Of a stretch of DNA of 64,000 nucleotides, positions 63,417 through 64,000 are shown piece after piece. Source of the DNA: Phoronis australis (Eukaryota > Animalia > Phoronida); NCBI GenBank assembly GCA_002633005.1, contig NMRA01000285.1:159230-223229 (forward strand). The letters run 5' to 3'. The translations under genes and the position numbers were made by a program. Positions within the stretch are counted from its first letter, which is position 1. The number at the start of each line of letters is the position of its first letter. Below the pieces are notes generated by a model, which saw only the letters and a list, made by a program, of their open reading frames with translations, ran no database searches and was not told where the DNA came from.

Positions 63417-63680
63417 AACCCTTGAAAAATGTCCAAATTTGACGAAATTCGGAACTGCATATTTCCATAATGGCTGATCGGATGCATATGAAACTATGCT
63501 TTGTGCACTGTTCTTCAATCCGCTATTACAAATTGTTTTTCAAATGTGCCTCGTTTGCGTGAGATGGTATCAAAACGTGGAACTTTTGCCGAACTTTACT
63601 AAAATAACACCGTCACATTACCCAGTCAGTAGCAGATTGGTAAAAAGTCGCAAATCATCTTCTACTGCCTTTCCACTATA
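63417..63680 (+). mobile_element. Interspersed repeat; uninterrupted version of the element split at 31483-31606 and about 32700-32870
   Basis: Colinear similarity to both flanks of the 31607-32650 insertion. Confidence 0.6.
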
Positions 63681-63915
63681 ATTGAGTAGTTTTGCAGTTA
63701 TTTGGCTTAATAAACAAAGGCTAAAGGGAAACAGCACTAAGGAACACTATTTTTGTTATTCTTTATGTAGTTATCAGTGTTCAAGCGAGTCAATAGTGGT
63801 CGCTGAACTCTGTGGTCATCTCACTGATTACATGTTCTGTGTGACATCATTTATATTCTGCAATGGCCATGAAGATAGCTAAAGTGTTGCCAAACTATTC
63901 ACAATTTGTACTGAG

Positions 63916-64000
63916 CAGTGGCGGATCTACGTTTTCAGCAAGGGGGGGGTTAGGATTCCCGCCAAGGTCGAATCCTAGGCGCGTGGCGCCGAGCTGGGGG
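63916..64000 (+). mobile_element. Start of a MITE running off the window
   Basis: CAGTGGCGGATCT...GGGGGGGG terminal motif typical of invertebrate MITEs. Confidence 0.45.

Overview
Animal genomic DNA with spliceosomal introns, AT-rich, with several N positions and one short N gap. It is an invertebrate bilaterian, possibly a lophotrochozoan, which is only an inference from the repeat types. The + strand from 230 to at least 34.4 kb (probably to 42.7 kb) holds 42 core coding exons of a DOCK6/7/8-family (DOCK-C) Rac/Cdc42 GEF; its start lies upstream of the window. This gene has a probable U12-type intron, two candidate microexons, candidate alternative last exons and several tandem duplications straddling its splice sites. 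A complete SMAP1/2-type ArfGAP gene runs convergently on the - strand (57781 to 46114). A decayed HERO-like (R2 superfamily, RLE) retrotransposon lies between the two 3' ends. Divergent from SMAP is an intronless 342-aa ORF (60865-61893) built from 19 W-x-F repeats with a strict 14-residue period. I cannot assign it to a family and it is the most novel-looking object here. Introns also hold Helentron/HINE-like elements carrying arrays of CTCF-like motifs, foldback elements with a tRNA-like core, MITEs and minisatellites. All coordinates were read by eye and no database searches were run.
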